64,000 nt of DNA from Camelus ferus. Lineage: Eukaryota. The stretch is taken from assembly GCF_009834535.1 (NCBI RefSeq), contig NC_045696.1:32676001-32740000 (forward strand), given 5' to 3'. A program made the translations under genes and the position numbers. Positions 1-14,374 of the stretch are shown here, in pieces. Under the pieces are notes generated by a model that had not been told where the DNA came from, made no database searches, and saw only the letters and a list, made by a program, of their open reading frames with translations. Within the stretch, counting starts at the first letter, position 1. Each line of letters opens with the position of its first letter.

Positions 1-240
1 GCATCTTACTTTTAGTTTTCTGAGAACGGAACTTTCTCTTAATTGCTACATATAATACAATGTTATATATAATTTAACTTTGTAAGGATCATTTTAAATA
101 TATGTTGAATCATTGTTTAATCATGGGTATATTCAGGATTTTTTTCAAATTCCTAGGATATAAAAACCTTGCAAGGTGTACTGACTCATGCCTAAACGAC
201 TGGATATTTAAGATTCAGGAAAGAGAAAACCATCCACCAC

Positions 241-643
241 TGTGTTAGTCAGCTAGGGCTGCTGTAACAGAAACCACAGGCTAGTGATTTAAACAACAGA
301 ATTGTACTTGCCCACAACCTCAAGCCTGGAAGTCTGGGACCAGGGTGCCAGTAGGTTGGTGTCTGGTGTGGAATCTCTCCTTGGGTTGTAGATGGTCACC
401 TTCTTCTGTGTCCTCATGGCCTTCTGCATGCGAGGCAGCGGTGTTGGGGGTTCCCCTGATGTCTTTTCGTAGTCTTCTTAGGACACCAGTCTTGTCAGGT
501 TAGGGCCCCAATTTTATGACCTCATTTAACCCTTATTACCTACCAAACTGTAGATCCTACCTCCATATATAGTCACATTAGTTGGAAGAGGTGGTCAGGG
601 CTTCAATATGTGAATTTGGGGAGATGCACTTAAGTCCATAATA
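241..643 (-). mobile_element. MaLR solo LTR, MLT1A/B/C type
   Basis: tgtgttagtcagctagggctgctgtaacag...aagtctgggaccagggtgcca...atgacctcatttaacc...ttcaatatgtgaatttgggg...agtccataata. Flanks ACCAC/ACCTC are a 4/5 match to a 5-bp TSD. Confidence 0.85.
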
Positions 644-1427
644 ACCTCTGATCAGTGTTCCTGTACAAAACAGACTTAATGCAATAAGCAAATGACAGAA
701 GAGCAGAACCATCACTGCCAGCAGCAGCTCAGGGCAGTGGGAGGGGCAGCAGCAGGATTTAGAGCCTAAAGTATCCCCAGCACCTCTGGAGGAAACAGGC
801 AGAGCTGCAGGAATCCTTTTAGAGTTGACCCTCAAGGAATGGGTTGTTTGGTCACAGATAACAAGCTTTGGCCCAAAAGTAAGTGTGGTAGCTCTTGGCC
901 AAGCATAGATGCAGAACTAAGTGACTTGCACTCATTTTTACAAATCCACTATATATTTCTGTAACATTGAAGTCTCAACAGTTGCCAAACCAGCAGAACA
1001 TTACTGTCTGACAGCTCTTTGGTGATTTAGTCATTCATCTCTTCATTTGAGCCAGAAGGTTCAAAATATTGTTTATACATCCAGAAAAACTTGTTTTCTG
1101 GTTTCCTAAGTATACTGGCACAGATACAAGGATTTGCCCTATTAAGTGCTTTAAAAAAAAAGACTTAATAATCTTAATTGTTAAACTTATTTCTGAATTT
1201 TCAAAAAAAATGATTATAAATCCTCTTGTCTTCTCTTCACTAGAAAGTGTTCTGTGGGACATATGCAGGCATCAGTTTTTATACTTATTTTAAACCTCTG
1301 ATTTTTGAAAAATTAAAATTTGATATTTAAGAATTTTACTTTCTACCCCATATCATTTATTTTTGGATATTTTCAAGTAAGGTATTTGATCAGTTTTAGA
1401 AATATGACAAGACTGTTGAAGTATTTA

Positions 1428-3801
1428 CAGGGTGAACTTGTTTTATTGTGTTTTGCTTTGTTGTGCTTTGCAGATACTGCATTTTTTACAAATTGTAGGT
1501 TTGTGGCAACTATGTGTCCAGCAAATCTATCAAGGCCATTTCTCCAATAGCAGTTGCTCACTCCATGTCTCAGTGTCACATTTTGGTAGTTCTGGCGTTA
1601 TTTCAAACATTTCTATTATTGTATTTGTTATGGTGATCTGTGATCAGTGATCTTCGATACTACTATTGCTATTGTTTTGGGGCCCCTGAACAGTACCCAT
1701 ACAACAGTGAACTTAATTGATAAATGTCTGTGTTCTGACTGCTCCACTGACTGGCTGTTCCCTCATCTCTCTTCTTCTGCTTGGGCCTCTCGATTCCTTG
1801 AGACACAATATTGAACTGAGGCCAGTTAATAAACCCTACAATGGCCTCCAAGTGTTTAAGTGAAAGAAAGTCATACATCCCTCACTATAAATTGAAAGCT
1901 AGAAATGATTAAATTTAGTGAGGAAGGCATGTCAAAAGCAGAGAAAAGCCAAACGCTTGGCCTTTTAGACCAGTTAGCCAAGTTGTGAATACAAAGGAAA
2001 AGTTCTTGAAGGAAATTAACAATGTAAGACTAGTGAATACACAAATGATTAAAAAAAGTAAAATAGTCTGCTGATATGGAGAAAGATTTAACGGTCTAAA
2101 TAGAAGATAAAAGCAGCCACAGCATTCCCTTAAACCAAAACTTAATCTAGAGCGAAGCCGTAACTCTCTTCAATGCTTTGAAGGCTGAGAGAGGTGAGGA
2201 AGCTGCAGAGTTAAAGTTTGAAGTTAGCAGAGGTTGGTTGATGAGGTTTAAAGAAAGAAGCATCTCCATAACATAAAAGTGCAAAGTGAAGCTACTTGTT
2301 GTAGATGGTGCAGAAAGTTCCGAAGCTCTAACCAAGAAAATGAATGATGGTAGCTATGCTAAACAACAGATTTTCAGTGTAGACAAAACAGCCTTATATT
2401 GAAAGAAGATGCCATCTAGTTCCTCCAAGAGAAGTTAATGTCGGGATTCAAATCTTCAAAGGACAGGTTGACTCTCTTGTTAGGGGCTAATGCAGCTGGT
2501 GACTTGAAGTTAGAGTCAGTCCTCCCTTATCATTCTGAAAATCCTAGGGCCCTTAAGAATTATGTTAAATCTTCTCTGCCTGTGCTCTATACAAAGGAAC
2601 AACAGAGCCTGGGTGACAACACATTTGTTTACCACATTATTGACTAAATATTTTAAGCCAACTCTTGAGACCTACTTTTTAGGAAAAAAGATTTATTTCA
2701 AAATATTACTGCAGATTGACAATGCACCTGTTCACCCTGGAGTTCTGATGTAGGTGTAAAATGAGATTAATGCTGTTTTCATACCTGCTAATACAGCATC
2801 CATTCTGTGGCCCATGGATTAAGAAGTAATTTTGACTCTCAAGTCTTGTTATTTAAGAAATACATTTCTGAAGGCTATAGCTGCCACAGATAGTGATTTC
2901 TCTGATGGATCTGAACAAAATCAATTGAAAATCTTCTGGAAGGGATTTACTATTCTAGATGCCATTCAGAATATTCATGATTCATTGGAAGAGGTCAAAA
3001 TATCAACATTAAGAGGAGTTTGGAAGAAGTTGATTTAAACCCTCATGTATGACTGAGAGGGGTTCAAGACTTGAGTGGAGGAAGTAACTGCAGATGTGGT
3101 AGAAACAGTAAGAGAACTATAATTTTAGAAGTGGAGCCTGAAGATGTGATTGAATTGCTGCAACTTCATGATAAAATTTTAATAGATGAGAAGTTGCTTC
3201 TTGTAGGTGAGCAAAGAAGGTGGCTTACTGAGATGGAATCTACCCTGGTGCAGTTGCTGTGAAGACTGTTGGAAATGAAAAAAAAAAGTTTTGGAATATT
3301 GCATACACTTAGTTGATAAAGCAGTGACAGGATTTGAGAGGATCAACTCCAATTTTGAAAGAAATTCTACTATGGGTAAAATGCTATCAAACAGCATTGC
3401 CTGCTGCAGAGAGATTGTTCATGAAAGGAAGAGTCAGTTGATGCTACAAACGTCATTATTTTAAGAAATTGCCACAACCACCCCAACCTTCGGTAACTAC
3501 CACCCTGATCAGTCAGGAGTCATCAACATCGAGGCAAAACCCCCACCAGCAAAAACATTACATTATGACTCCCTGAAGGCCCAGATGATGGTTAGCATTT
3601 TTTAGCAATAAAGTGTTTTTAATTAATAACACTTTTTTTTTCAGATATAATGCTGTTTCACACTTAATAGACTACAGTATAGTGTAAACATAACTTTTAT
3701 ATGCACTGGGAAACCAAAAAATTTGTGACTCACTTTATTACAATAATCACTTTATTGCTGTGGTCTGGAACCAAACCAGCAGTATCTCCAAGGTATGGCT
3801 G
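1428..3801 (+). mobile_element. Near full-length Tigger1 (Tc1/mariner-pogo DNA transposon), decayed
   Basis: TA|cagggtgaacttgttttattg... to ...atctccaaggtatggctg|TA, i.e. degenerate TIRs and a TA TSD. About 2.37 kb, colinear with the recalled Tigger1 consensus. Confidence 0.95.
1841..3182 (+). pseudogene. Disrupted Tigger1 transposase ORF (TIGD1-like)
   Basis: Starts ATGGCCTCCAAGTGT (MASKC..SERKS). Fragments include [49 protein letters not shown] and FWKGFTILDAIQNIHDSLEEVKISTLRGVWKKLI, in different frames with stops and frameshifts. Confidence 0.9.
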
Positions 3802-6800
3802 TATAAAAGTAGCTACGTTGTAAATTAATTTTAAGCAGAAGTCTTTATTGGAAATAAAGTAATAAAATTATAAAAATTTTCTATCTAGCAAATACATTTT
3901 TCAAGAAAATGATATTTTAAACACATTAGACTTTTGAGGCAAAGACTGTGCATTTAGATAATAGTCCTCAATTTTTCCTACTCATTTGGTTTTCTATATA
4001 AAAACAAATATAAATTTGCTTCTGTGTTTAGTAAGGAAGCTATGATACGGTTATATCAAAGTCACTGAGTAATAATAAAGATATGTTTACTTAAAGAATT
4101 AAGTATTATTTGTAATGATTGTTTTTAAATAAAAATATTCTTTGTTAATACCCTTTATAAAAGTAATCTTAGAAATAATAATAAAATAATGTATATTGAA
4201 TTGAACTTTCAAAAAGTAAAAAGAAATTAAAAAGTTAAAAATACCTTTCCATTATGAATATGATATTTATTTCTGTTTTAAGAATGAGACAATGATATTT
4301 TAAATGAAAATATTCAAAGAGAAAAGAGAACAACAACAAAAAAATTGTTTATTTTGAAAAGTTGAACTTTTTAGGGGAGAACTCCCTAAGTATATTCTTT
4401 AAAAAAATCCTCAAAATGGATCATTCTTGACTTTAGATGTCCTTGCTGTGGAGTCTCTTCTAGAATTGTGTTTGAACTGGATCTGCCTTCATAAGTTAGG
4501 AAAGTGAAGTATCTAGACCAGACTCAGCAAATAATACATTTCTGTTTGTAGACTTTCCTTATCAATCAAGGCACTCTAGCTCAGACAGGATCCTAGTGGA
4601 ACATTCCTTGTCATTGAAGATAGCCTCTGAGATTAAAATTGTATTCAGTGTCAAACTCGAATATTTAAGCCTTTGAATCTCCTTCTCCTTTAGAACATAA
4701 TCTTTATATGAGTATCCGTAACAGCTGACTTCAAATCTTACCATTTTTTAGGAGACTGAATGAGTGCTTAGCTTTAGAATTGTTTGTGGAGGTACCAACC
4801 CAGTTAAATATCAGATAATCACTCCAAAATCAATTTCATGTTTATACGATTTGCTTGAAAGAATTATTCTGAAAATCCTGAAAACCTAATTTGTTTACTG
4901 GTGAGTAGTTACTGAAGGAGATCATTGGTCAAACCAGCAGTAGGAGTAGGATTACAAAAACTGACTTCTTGAAAAGAGAAGTCTTCCATTGCAACAGAAT
5001 GAAATTATGAACCTGGCAATTTGTCTTCAGTTTCATCGCCTCTCCCAATCCAGCTCCAGAAAACCACTCTTCCATTCAGTATCTCTCTCCTAAGCACACA
5101 TATGCTTATAAATGTATTAGCTAATCATAAAGTAGTTTTTATCCAAGTGTTTTACATTTTAGGAAGGGGCACTCTAAATAATCCATTAAAAAGTCTTGAA
5201 GACCCAAAGAAAGGAATAGATTTTAGGTGCCATGACACCTGGAAGAAGGGAAATTATTTGGAGTAGCAGTCTTTCTAGTTGCCCTTCAAAGCACAAGATC
5301 TGTTATACTTAAAGACCAGGCCACCTTTAAAATTAGGAGATAAAGTAATCATAAGACATATCTTTCATATTAACTGCCAATGTATATTGCTGTTGTTGAT
5401 CTAATCTAATTTGTTTCTGTTTAAAAAGTAGCAATAATAAATAAAGTCTTTGGAGTACCGTCTATCTATGGTTTATGGTAAAACATTAAATATGGTATAG
5501 GTCTCTTGTAGAAATATAAAGTATGTCTGTACATAATATATAATTTTTTTTTAATCTATGGAAATTGGGAAACCTTCGTTCTAGAGCTTTTTCTAGCATT
5601 AGTTGGATTTGCGATTTTGGATGATTTAATGTTTAGGCTTTGATGTCATATGAAGGGAATTGAATTAGATCAGGGATGACAAATATGAGAGACAAAAATT
5701 CCCACAACCTCACCCCTCGCTACACCCCCATGGAAGACTCAGATAATCAGTCATGTATTCTTTCTTACTCAAAACTTGGAATATTTGTCCAAAATTTCAC
5801 CACATAGCCATTGAATATCACTTGGCTTTAGCACAGAAGATGACGCCTTTTTGTAATCCTAGTATCCAGATAATCACAAAGTCTTCCTTTTGCCTCAAAA
5901 ATTTTCATTGTATGATTTCTTGTGTCTAGAATGGTGCCTTATTCATAGTAAATCCCAATAATTTATTGAATATATACATTTGTAAAATCAATTTGAAGTT
6001 CATCTGTTTTGGAAACTTGAGGAAATTTTTGGAAAGTGAATATTTTTGTGATTTGAAAATTTGAGGAAACTCTTCAACATGTAAATGTTTTTATGTTTCC
6101 AGCTGATTTTAATCAAATGCCATCTTAAAATAATGTGTATTATGTGCTCACATAGTACAAGAGGCAAAAAAATAGTTCAGATGCATTTTATTTTATAATT
6201 ATGTTTAGAATACTAATTATCTTCAGACATTTCTGTACTTAAAAAACTGAAGAGTCAAGTAGATATCTGTTGTCATTGAACATCAGCTGTGATCAATATT
6301 TCACATGTCTACAAAAATAAAAGGAAGGAATTGATTTGCTACTCAGTCCAGTGTTCTTATACCTGTAGGTCTTTACTGGGGTTAAGTCAGTCTACTTCTA
6401 TAATTTATCTAGTATCCCACACGTATTTCCTCCTTCATTTATTCTACATTTCTATTAAATCATTTCAATTGTATATTAAATCAATAAATAAATGGAATTA
6501 TCTCCTGCACATCAAGGAACTTTTTCACAGTGCTCTTGTCTGAACTTGAATACAGATTTCTGTCCATGTTTTGATAGTGTAATTTAGGTAATTGGCAGAG
6601 ACAAAGCCAGTTCACAAAGTTAATTAAAATTTTCCATCTCTTCACTTTCAATTAGTTTCATTGATATGACATATTTTTTCCTATTTAATGTCTCACCATT
6701 ACCACTAGGCAGTACACAGGTTATGCTAGTCTGTCAAATAAATAGTGATTATTAAAATAATCTTTAAGTAGACACTGTTTTGATGTTTTAATTGTCCTCT

Positions 6801-9116
6801 TGTCTTTAAGCTGAGTGTTGTAAGTAGTATTTGCTTCATTTACGTAGTATTTTAATTTGCTCTTGAAGGTTTTTTGTGTTTTTTCTTCCATGCCTGGAAA
6901 CCAGAAAAGGGTAATGGAATACAAAGGAAGAAAGGAATAGAAGTATAATATATCTTACTACAGTGTGGTGGATAAAATACTTAGTTTAAAACTAGAGTCC
7001 TTAAATTATACCTGATTCTTTATGCCCGCCTTACTGTATAAAAATCATTTATGATATGGAACAAATAACTCTGTTGGCTTTGTTTAAACCTAAAGGAACT
7101 TTTATAGAAATGCTATTAAGAAAAATTTTATAGAGAAATGTTATATTCACTCTGAGGAGAAGTCTAATAATCATTGAACATTTTCTCTAATTCTGAGATT
7201 TCACCTGAATGGCTTAGTTTTACATACATACATACACATCCATTATAAAAATATTAGTATTTTTTCTTTTGATGTGTTTTTGAATTTTGCTTTTGTAAAA
7301 GTCATGTAATATTCAAAGAAGTAAATAGTATGTCAAGAATAGTAGTTTAGGTTGTTATATTTTTACTTAAAATTCAGACTCATAAAACTTCCCTCACTCT
7401 TTTTCCCTCCCACAGTGGATTTCATGTGATGTAAAAAAAAAAAAAAAGTAATACCTTACTGTTTTGATGATGTATATATTTACATATTCTACTTCCCTTC
7501 TCTTCAGAAAAAAAAAGTTAACCAGGCTGTCTGGGGGAATTTTTTTTTTTTTTAACAGAGTAACATCCTTCTGTATGGAGATTGAGATCATTTAAAATAA
7601 AATGTGTTTTAAAGCAATAATAGAAGCAATTTAGACAATAAGTACATTACAGAAAGAGTTATTTGAATTTAAGCTACTTGACCAATTCCTAAGAGAAGAG
7701 ATTAGCATTATTTTTTTCTATAATGGACATCTTAACATTAATCTCTACTTTCTGAGACCACTTCTGTTTCTTAAGAGTTTTTTTTAAGTTATTTAGGAGT
7801 AAACGATTATATGTGCTATTTAGGATTATATATAGTGTAATATTTTTGTAGAGTCCTTGAAATGATCATTCTAAATTATTTTATAGAACAGAAAAGCTAA
7901 CAAGTAGCCACAAAGTATGGCTGAGATATGTGTTGCTTCTGAATTTCTAGATTGCATTCTGTTTTTCAGGAAGTTCTATTTTCCATGTCTTGAAATCTGT
8001 GAAAAAAATATATTCTTAAAATGAGCAACATTTAGTTATTATGCTTCATTGTGATACTGATCCAGATATCACTGTTTTAGGGTGCATTTAGTTACAAAAA
8101 TTATAATTACATGATATCTTAAGAGAAAGAATTTATTATAAGAATATGTATTCATAGAATTAAGGAAAGGCTTAAAAATGGACGTCACCAGAGTAACTGG
8201 CAGATCACCAAAGGCTCTCGTCTTGAGTTCTGCCATTCTGAGCTCATTCACTTTCTGTTTCTCATGGTTCAAATTCTAAAAGTTAGTTGGCTCAGTCCAG
8301 TTATGGATTTACTCTTATTTGGTCCAGTACTGGTTAGCTTTGGTCAGAAGAGGTTCTGTCACATTGCACAACAGGACAACCTGGTCTTTGGGAGCAGGAG
8401 CAGATGGGAGAGGACTGGGGAGAAATCAGGATTGAAGGAGAGCAAGGAAGCAATCAATAGTCATGACAGTCACCACTGTAAGGCCTTTTCAGACTTGTTC
8501 AAGTGTCTTCTCTGAAATCTCTTCATTTCTGGAGCGAGTCCTTGCCTCTCCTTTTAAATCCTAGTAGCTCTAATTCCATATAATTAAAACGATCTTGTTA
8601 TATTCTGTCTTGTATGTTAGTTCTTTTTTACCACTTATTTTAGTTCCTCAATCATTGTTACTGTTCAGGTAACTGAATATCCTATATATATGGCAGAAGA
8701 TTATGGTCTCAGCATTCAGCTTCCCCTGTGCACTAAGGGCACAAGGGGGGAACTTTGAAAAATTCCTCCAGGAGAAGTTGAGATCTTCATGTATACCCAT
8801 TACATGATGAGGAAGTAGGGAGAAACATTTCTGTGACAAATGTTGCAAGTAATCAAGACCTATTTTCTGAACAGCCTTTGCTAGTAGTATTGGAAAAGAC
8901 AAGCAAGTACATGTAATAATGTGGAGTAATGCTATAATATTCTACTAAATAAAGCAAAAGACAAAAAAACAGTTCAAACAACAAAAGATACTAATTTGTG
9001 TTTGAATATATGACTATATGAATTTGTAGGTATTTCTATACATAAATTATATTTTAGGATAAAAAAAATCTTTTGGAAAGATAAATGCCAAAATGTTAAA
9101 TATGATTTCTCCAGAT

Positions 9117-9315
9117 CAATGGTCCTCACAGTGTGGCCACCAACTGTTCTCAAAGTGTGGACATACAGCATCATTGTCACCTGGGAACTTGTTAGAAATA
9201 CAAATTGTATCTGCTGAGTCAGAAATTCTGGGAATGGAGCCCAGCAATCTGAGTTTTAATACGCCTAAATACCATCAAGGTGATTCTGTTGGTACTAAAG
9301 TTTGAGAAACAGTAC
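9117..9315 (+). mobile_element. MER5A (hAT-Charlie MITE) with apparently duplicated 5' end
   Basis: ttctcaaagtgtgg...cagcatcattgtcacctgggaacttgttagaaatacaaatt...tcagaaattctggg..ggagcccagcaatctg...aagtttgagaaaca. Confidence 0.85.
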
Positions 9316-10538
9316 TTTAGATGATGTGGTTACAAGACATTTATTTTCTCCCTGGTGTTTGATGAACAAGGGTTTGTTTGATTTTAGAATGTACCACGAT
9401 GTTAATTTTCTAGAGAAAGATGCCCTCTTAATAGCACATTGTATATACTTCTTTGTAAATTCCGCTCTTGCAGCACTGGTTTGCTGATAGCTTGATTGAA
9501 ATTGGCTCCCAAGTATATCTCCATCTCTGCCTGTTGCAGATTGAAAGGAATATATTGAGTATGGTCCACCAAGGTTAAGGTTCATGGTTTGAATAACTTT
9601 TCAAAATGAAATATGAAATAAACTATTTTATTGCATTTCTTCAGAGCTACAGCATACGTAAAAATGTATCTTGTATAAACCATACCACATCACAAGTATG
9701 GAATAATTTAATTCATTTCAAAAATTCAAATAGTACTAATTAAATACATTCTGGAAAAGGCAAGAAACATTTTCTATTGAGCTGAGAGTCAATGTAAATG
9801 TCTCATTGCTATTCCTGAGTTTATTGATACCTTCAGGCCATATTAAAGGTCGCTTAACAAGAGCAATAACAAGGAAGAAAGCAGGTTGCAAATCAGTCTT
9901 ATCTTTGGGGATTTGTAATCTACCTGTTTAATTTTTCCAGTCCCTGAAGATTTATAACAGTGATTTTACTTACATATTTTGTACTCTGGGCAATATAAAG
10001 GCACAGTGAATTAACAGGAAGGAATTTGGATAAAGAGGAAGCCTGATAGAAATGATTTTTAGGAGGCAAATAAAGACTTCCACAGGACTATAAGGAAAGA
10101 GAGATGAAGAAGGACAAATAGTGATTTCAGATATAATAAAAATGTTGAAAATGGATTATAATAAAATATTTTCAGTTGTTTTGTCTTCTTTAGAGATTGT
10201 ATAAATTTCTGTATAGACTTATCTTTCTTTAAGTGAAGTTCAGGTCATACTAAACCATGATGGGTCCCAAACCTTCCTAGACTTTTTCTTTCTAAACTCT
10301 GACCACACTTATGATTTACATTCTATAATCTTAGCATTTGATTACATTAGTCTATTAACTAAATTAAAAAAATGGTTTATGAGGTCATTCTTATTTACCC
10401 AGTTATGGGGTGCATGTATTGAGACCCAAGAGTTGCAATGACTGCTTCCCTTACACCCTCACCGTGATCTTAGTAATTGTTTCAAAGGTCTATTAATTGG
10501 TTAGGGCTTTCTAGAAGCAGGAGCCAGCATGCAACATA

Positions 10539-10810
10539 TGCATTAGTTATCTATTGAATGTTAACAAACCAACCCAAAACTTAGTGCTTTCAAACAACAC
10601 ATGTTTATCTCACAGTTTATTTGAATTAAGAATCTTAGGCTCAGCTTAGCTGGATCCTTTGATTCAGAGTATCTTACAAAGCTAAAATTAAGGTTTGGGG
10701 CTGGTGCAGTCATCACTAAGGCTTGGCTAGTGAATGGTCTGCTTCTAAACCCACTTGTGGTGATTAATGTCAGCATTCAGTTCCTCAGTGACTGTTGGAC
10801 TGACTCAGTT
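10539..10810 (-). mobile_element. MaLR LTR fragment (MLT1F/G/H type)
   Basis: tgcattagttatctattg..taacaaaccaacccaaaacttagtgctttcaaacaacac...ctcagcttagctggatcc. Confidence 0.7.
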
Positions 10811-10814
10811 TTAA

Positions 10815-12000
10815 TGCACACAGCAAATACAAAGGTCCTAATAGCAAAGAGGAATACAGAGAGTGATGGGAGAAAGTGATAGAAAATGAAGTCAGAGGAA
10901 GAGAAGTGGAAGATTATTTATGTTGATTTTTCTCAAATGTCAATTTGCGTATGAATAACTTGGGGATCTTTTAAAATGCAGATTTAAATTCAGAAAATCT
11001 AGAATGGTGCCTCAGATTCTGCATGTCCAACACAGTGATGTTGATGTTGCTGGTAGCAAAAAAATGAGGGTATTAGAGATTATTATGCAGATTATTGACT
11101 TTTACTGGGAGTGAAGTAAACCCTGGAAGGGATTTGAATACAGGTGTAATCTGATCTTCTCCCAGGCTGATGAGTTTAGAGTACACTTTCACTGGCAGGG
11201 GTAGAGATAGGGAGACCAATAAAAAGCTATTGAAAAAAGCAGATGACAGTGACCCAGGCAAAGGCAGTAATAGTGGGAGGGGTAAGAAATTGAATTATTC
11301 TAGGTATATTTTGATGATGGAACTTACAGTATCATTTGATGTCTTGGCTATTGTATGTGAGTAAATAAGAGGAATGTAAAAGGATCTCAAGGTTTTTGAC
11401 TTAAGTGACAGGAACATGGTGAGTGTTGGTTTCTGAGAAGGGAAAAACTAAAGGGAGTAACAGGTTTGTCAAGGGGAAGATCAGGAATTTTAGACAATTT
11501 AGATTTGTGATACGTATTAGATATTCAAAAGGATATGTTAAATACACTATTCTGGAGTTCAGATAATAGATCTTTTTGGAAAAAGCAGAATATAGATGGT
11601 TTTTAAATTTATGAGAGTATATGGCATTGCTTAAGGAGGAATTTCCACTAGAGAACCAGTCCAAACATTGGAACACTTGAACTTCAGGAGATTTATAAGA
11701 CGAGGCTAAGGCAGCAAACAAGACTCAAAAAGAGTGACCAGTAACTTAGGAAAAAAATCAGAAGTCACCATCCCACGAGCCAAGCAAGGGAAGCATTTCA
11801 AACATTTAAGGAAGGATCAATGTTGTTCAGTGTTACTGTAAGTAAGACTTAGACTGAGAATTAACCATTAGATTAAGCATCCTGAAAGTCACTGATGACC
11901 TTGACAGGAGCAGCTCAGTGAATTTGTGGGGACAAAAGCCTTAGTGGAGTCAGCTTAAGAGAATGAGAATGAGAGTGAGAGAGAGAGTAAAAGAATCATG
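10815..12000 (-). mobile_element. L2 LINE fragment, interrupted by a MER5-type element at ~10925-11060
   Basis: Purine-rich L2 antisense signature (ggagaccaataaaaagctattg, gaagatcaggaattttagac, agactgagaattaaccattagatt, gtcactgatgaccttgacaggagcag). Nested aaaatgcagatttaaattcag...cctcagattctgcatg. Confidence 0.75.
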
Positions 12001-12038
12001 AATGTAAACCCAGCACCATGTTCCTAACCAGATGTAGA

Positions 12039-12223
12039 TAGTGACTCTCCAATTTTAAGTGCATCAGAATCACCAGAAGTGCTTATTAAAACACAGATTG
12101 TTGGGCTCTGTTCCCTAAGTTTCTTAGTCAGTAGATCTGAGATGGAGCCCAAGAATATGCATTTGTAACAGTTTCCCATTTGATGCTAACACTGCTGCAG
12201 GGACCCCATTTTGAAAACTGCTG
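12039..12223 (-). mobile_element. MER5A
   Basis: gtgcatcagaatcaccagaagtgcttattaaaacacagattgttgggc...gtagatctgagatggagcccaagaatatgcatttgtaaca...ttgaaaactgctg. Confidence 0.85.
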
Positions 12224-13029
12224 CAGTTCATCTTCCTCTTACCACTGACACCTCCCTCATATTGTTCCAAAGGCCCCCCTTCTTTTTATTCTCCTCTTCA
12301 CTAACCTAGTTCAAGCCTTTCACCCCCTACTCAGTTTCCCTGCTCCCATCCCCTCCACACCTTGAAACACTGATATTCTAAAAGCATCTCACACATATAA
12401 TACTGGAGTATCTTTAAAAAAAATTATGGGAAAAAAATAGAATAAATGAAACTTCCATAGATCCATCTGTCATTATCAATAATTAGAATTTATTTACATA
12501 TAACTCTGACATGTTTAAGCAAAATGGACCCAGACTATTAAAATTTCTTCCTATGTGAGCATTTTGTGTCCTGTCTCTTCCTCTTGTATCCAAACTACAC
12601 ATCATAACTAAATCAGTCACTCAAGTGAAAGTCTCATCAACCCATGGCTCAGCTCAGGAATTTTCAGTGAATTAAGTCCAAACTGAACACCTTGAATTTA
12701 GAGATATACAGTATGGTATCAACTAGTGTATTCAGTCTAGACTCCCAGTTCCATCTCCCTGTATTCAAAACAGTTTGCACTGATTCTGAATATGTCCTAA
12801 ATCTACTACAACTAAGCAAGTATTCATACAGTTTTATTTTTCTTGAATGTTCTTAACTTTTTGAAATTCTCCCACGGCCTCTGTCCTCAGATTAAAGGCA
12901 TCTCTTCTGTGAAGACTTTCCTAATCTCCTGGCTAGCTGTATCTTCTCTCTCCCTCTTTAGGCCTTTTATAGCAAATTCTAGTACTTTTTCTCATCAAAC
13001 TTTTTAAGGTGACACAGATCTGGATAACA

Positions 13030-13240
13030 CAAACAGAAGGGATTTAAACCCAGATCTTAATAATTATCTCTACTTACTTAATCTCTCATCCTCAATTTTC
13101 TTGTCAATAAAGTGAAGATAATAATACATATGTTTATGTACATAGTGCATTGTAGGAATAAGTCAAGTAATTTATTACCATTAACAGGTCATGGTATACT
13201 CCTCTTATATAAAGCATTCTCAGTAAGTGTCAGTTTTGTT
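13030..13240 (+). mobile_element. MIR SINE, decayed
   Basis: ttacttaatctctcatcctcaattttcttgtcaataaagtgaagataataatac core. Confidence 0.6.
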
Positions 13241-13529
13241 AACAGGCAGGAGACTTCCATTTTTACATTACAGAAATCTAATTTACACTACCTTTAATGG
13301 AAATGGAATTTAATGTTCTAATATCTTGAAAGATAAGGAATTTTCAGTCTAGGATTTCAGTCTAGGCACGTCTAGACCCAAGGTTACAAATTATATCATT
13401 ATAGTTGTTCCTCTTAATATCCTGGTATCTTTAGTTGGCTTCATTCTGTATGTGGGCTTTTATTCATAGATATGTTGATGGACACTTACACTATTATAAA
13501 TAAATATTTGCATGTATTTCTCTCTCTCC

Positions 13530-13532
<3 letters not shown>

Positions 13533-13575
<43 letters not shown>

Positions 13576-13590
13576 ATATACATATATAAC
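13533..13590. repeat. (TG)n followed by (TATG)/(TA) microsatellite
   Basis: Direct reading. Confidence 0.95.
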
Positions 13591-14127
13591 ATACATCTTT
13601 CTTGATTCCAGTTAAAAAAAATTGATTTCTGTTAGGGTCCTTATATCATTTCAGTAGTTTATGATGGACATATTTGAATCTCTTGTCCAGCTTTGTCCTT
13701 AATGTCAAGAATATAGTCCTATGATTTCACTGCCTGGTCTTAAGCCCACCTCTGGAAAATATAATGTACAGCCTTGTCCTTACTCTTTCACTATTTAATG
13801 AAAGTGGTGGTTTCCTCGAAGAGGGTATTCCAGTGTACTAGAATATGCCTACTGCACTTTTTTTCTCTTTATTCCTTTACAGTATTATAATGTATTCCTG
13901 ATCACCAAGCCGCCAGCTATATAGTTGTTTTGAATTATTGTTTAGTTGTCTCCTAAAATTTAATATACTTGAGGATATGGACTATATGTTACTCATCATT
14001 GTATCCCTTATGTAATAATACATTGCTCAAGAAAAAATTTTCAATGAAAGTTCTGGGATCAACTCGATTTAACTGAAAAGGAAAAAAGCAAACCAAAAAA
14101 TAATGCAGAAAAACATCCACACACATA

Positions 14128-14174
<47 letters not shown>
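14128..14174. repeat. Compound (TC)n(AC)n microsatellite
   Basis: Direct reading. Confidence 0.95.
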
Positions 14175-14178
<4 letters not shown>

Positions 14179-14374
14179 TCTGCAAAAATGTAAGGGGAAA
14201 ATCATTTCAGGAATGCGTGCTACTGGAAATTTATATTTTCTGGCCTCCTTTAGCTCAGAATTCTAGAGAAAGTTTTCTATAAAACTTTTAGTCATATTTA
14301 CATTTACTAATAAATTCAGGTGTGAATTAGAAATAAAACTTGTGACCAATATCAAAAACATGATCAGTCCAGGG

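Noticed and set aside
1841..3262. Possible domesticated TIGD1-like gene
   Set aside because: An early frameshift and many stops; the homologous peptide is scattered over different frames.
5670..8420. Faint repeat-like patches near 5670-5830 and 8050-8400 (possible hAT and old MLT1 remnants)
   Set aside because: Too diverged to assign by eye.
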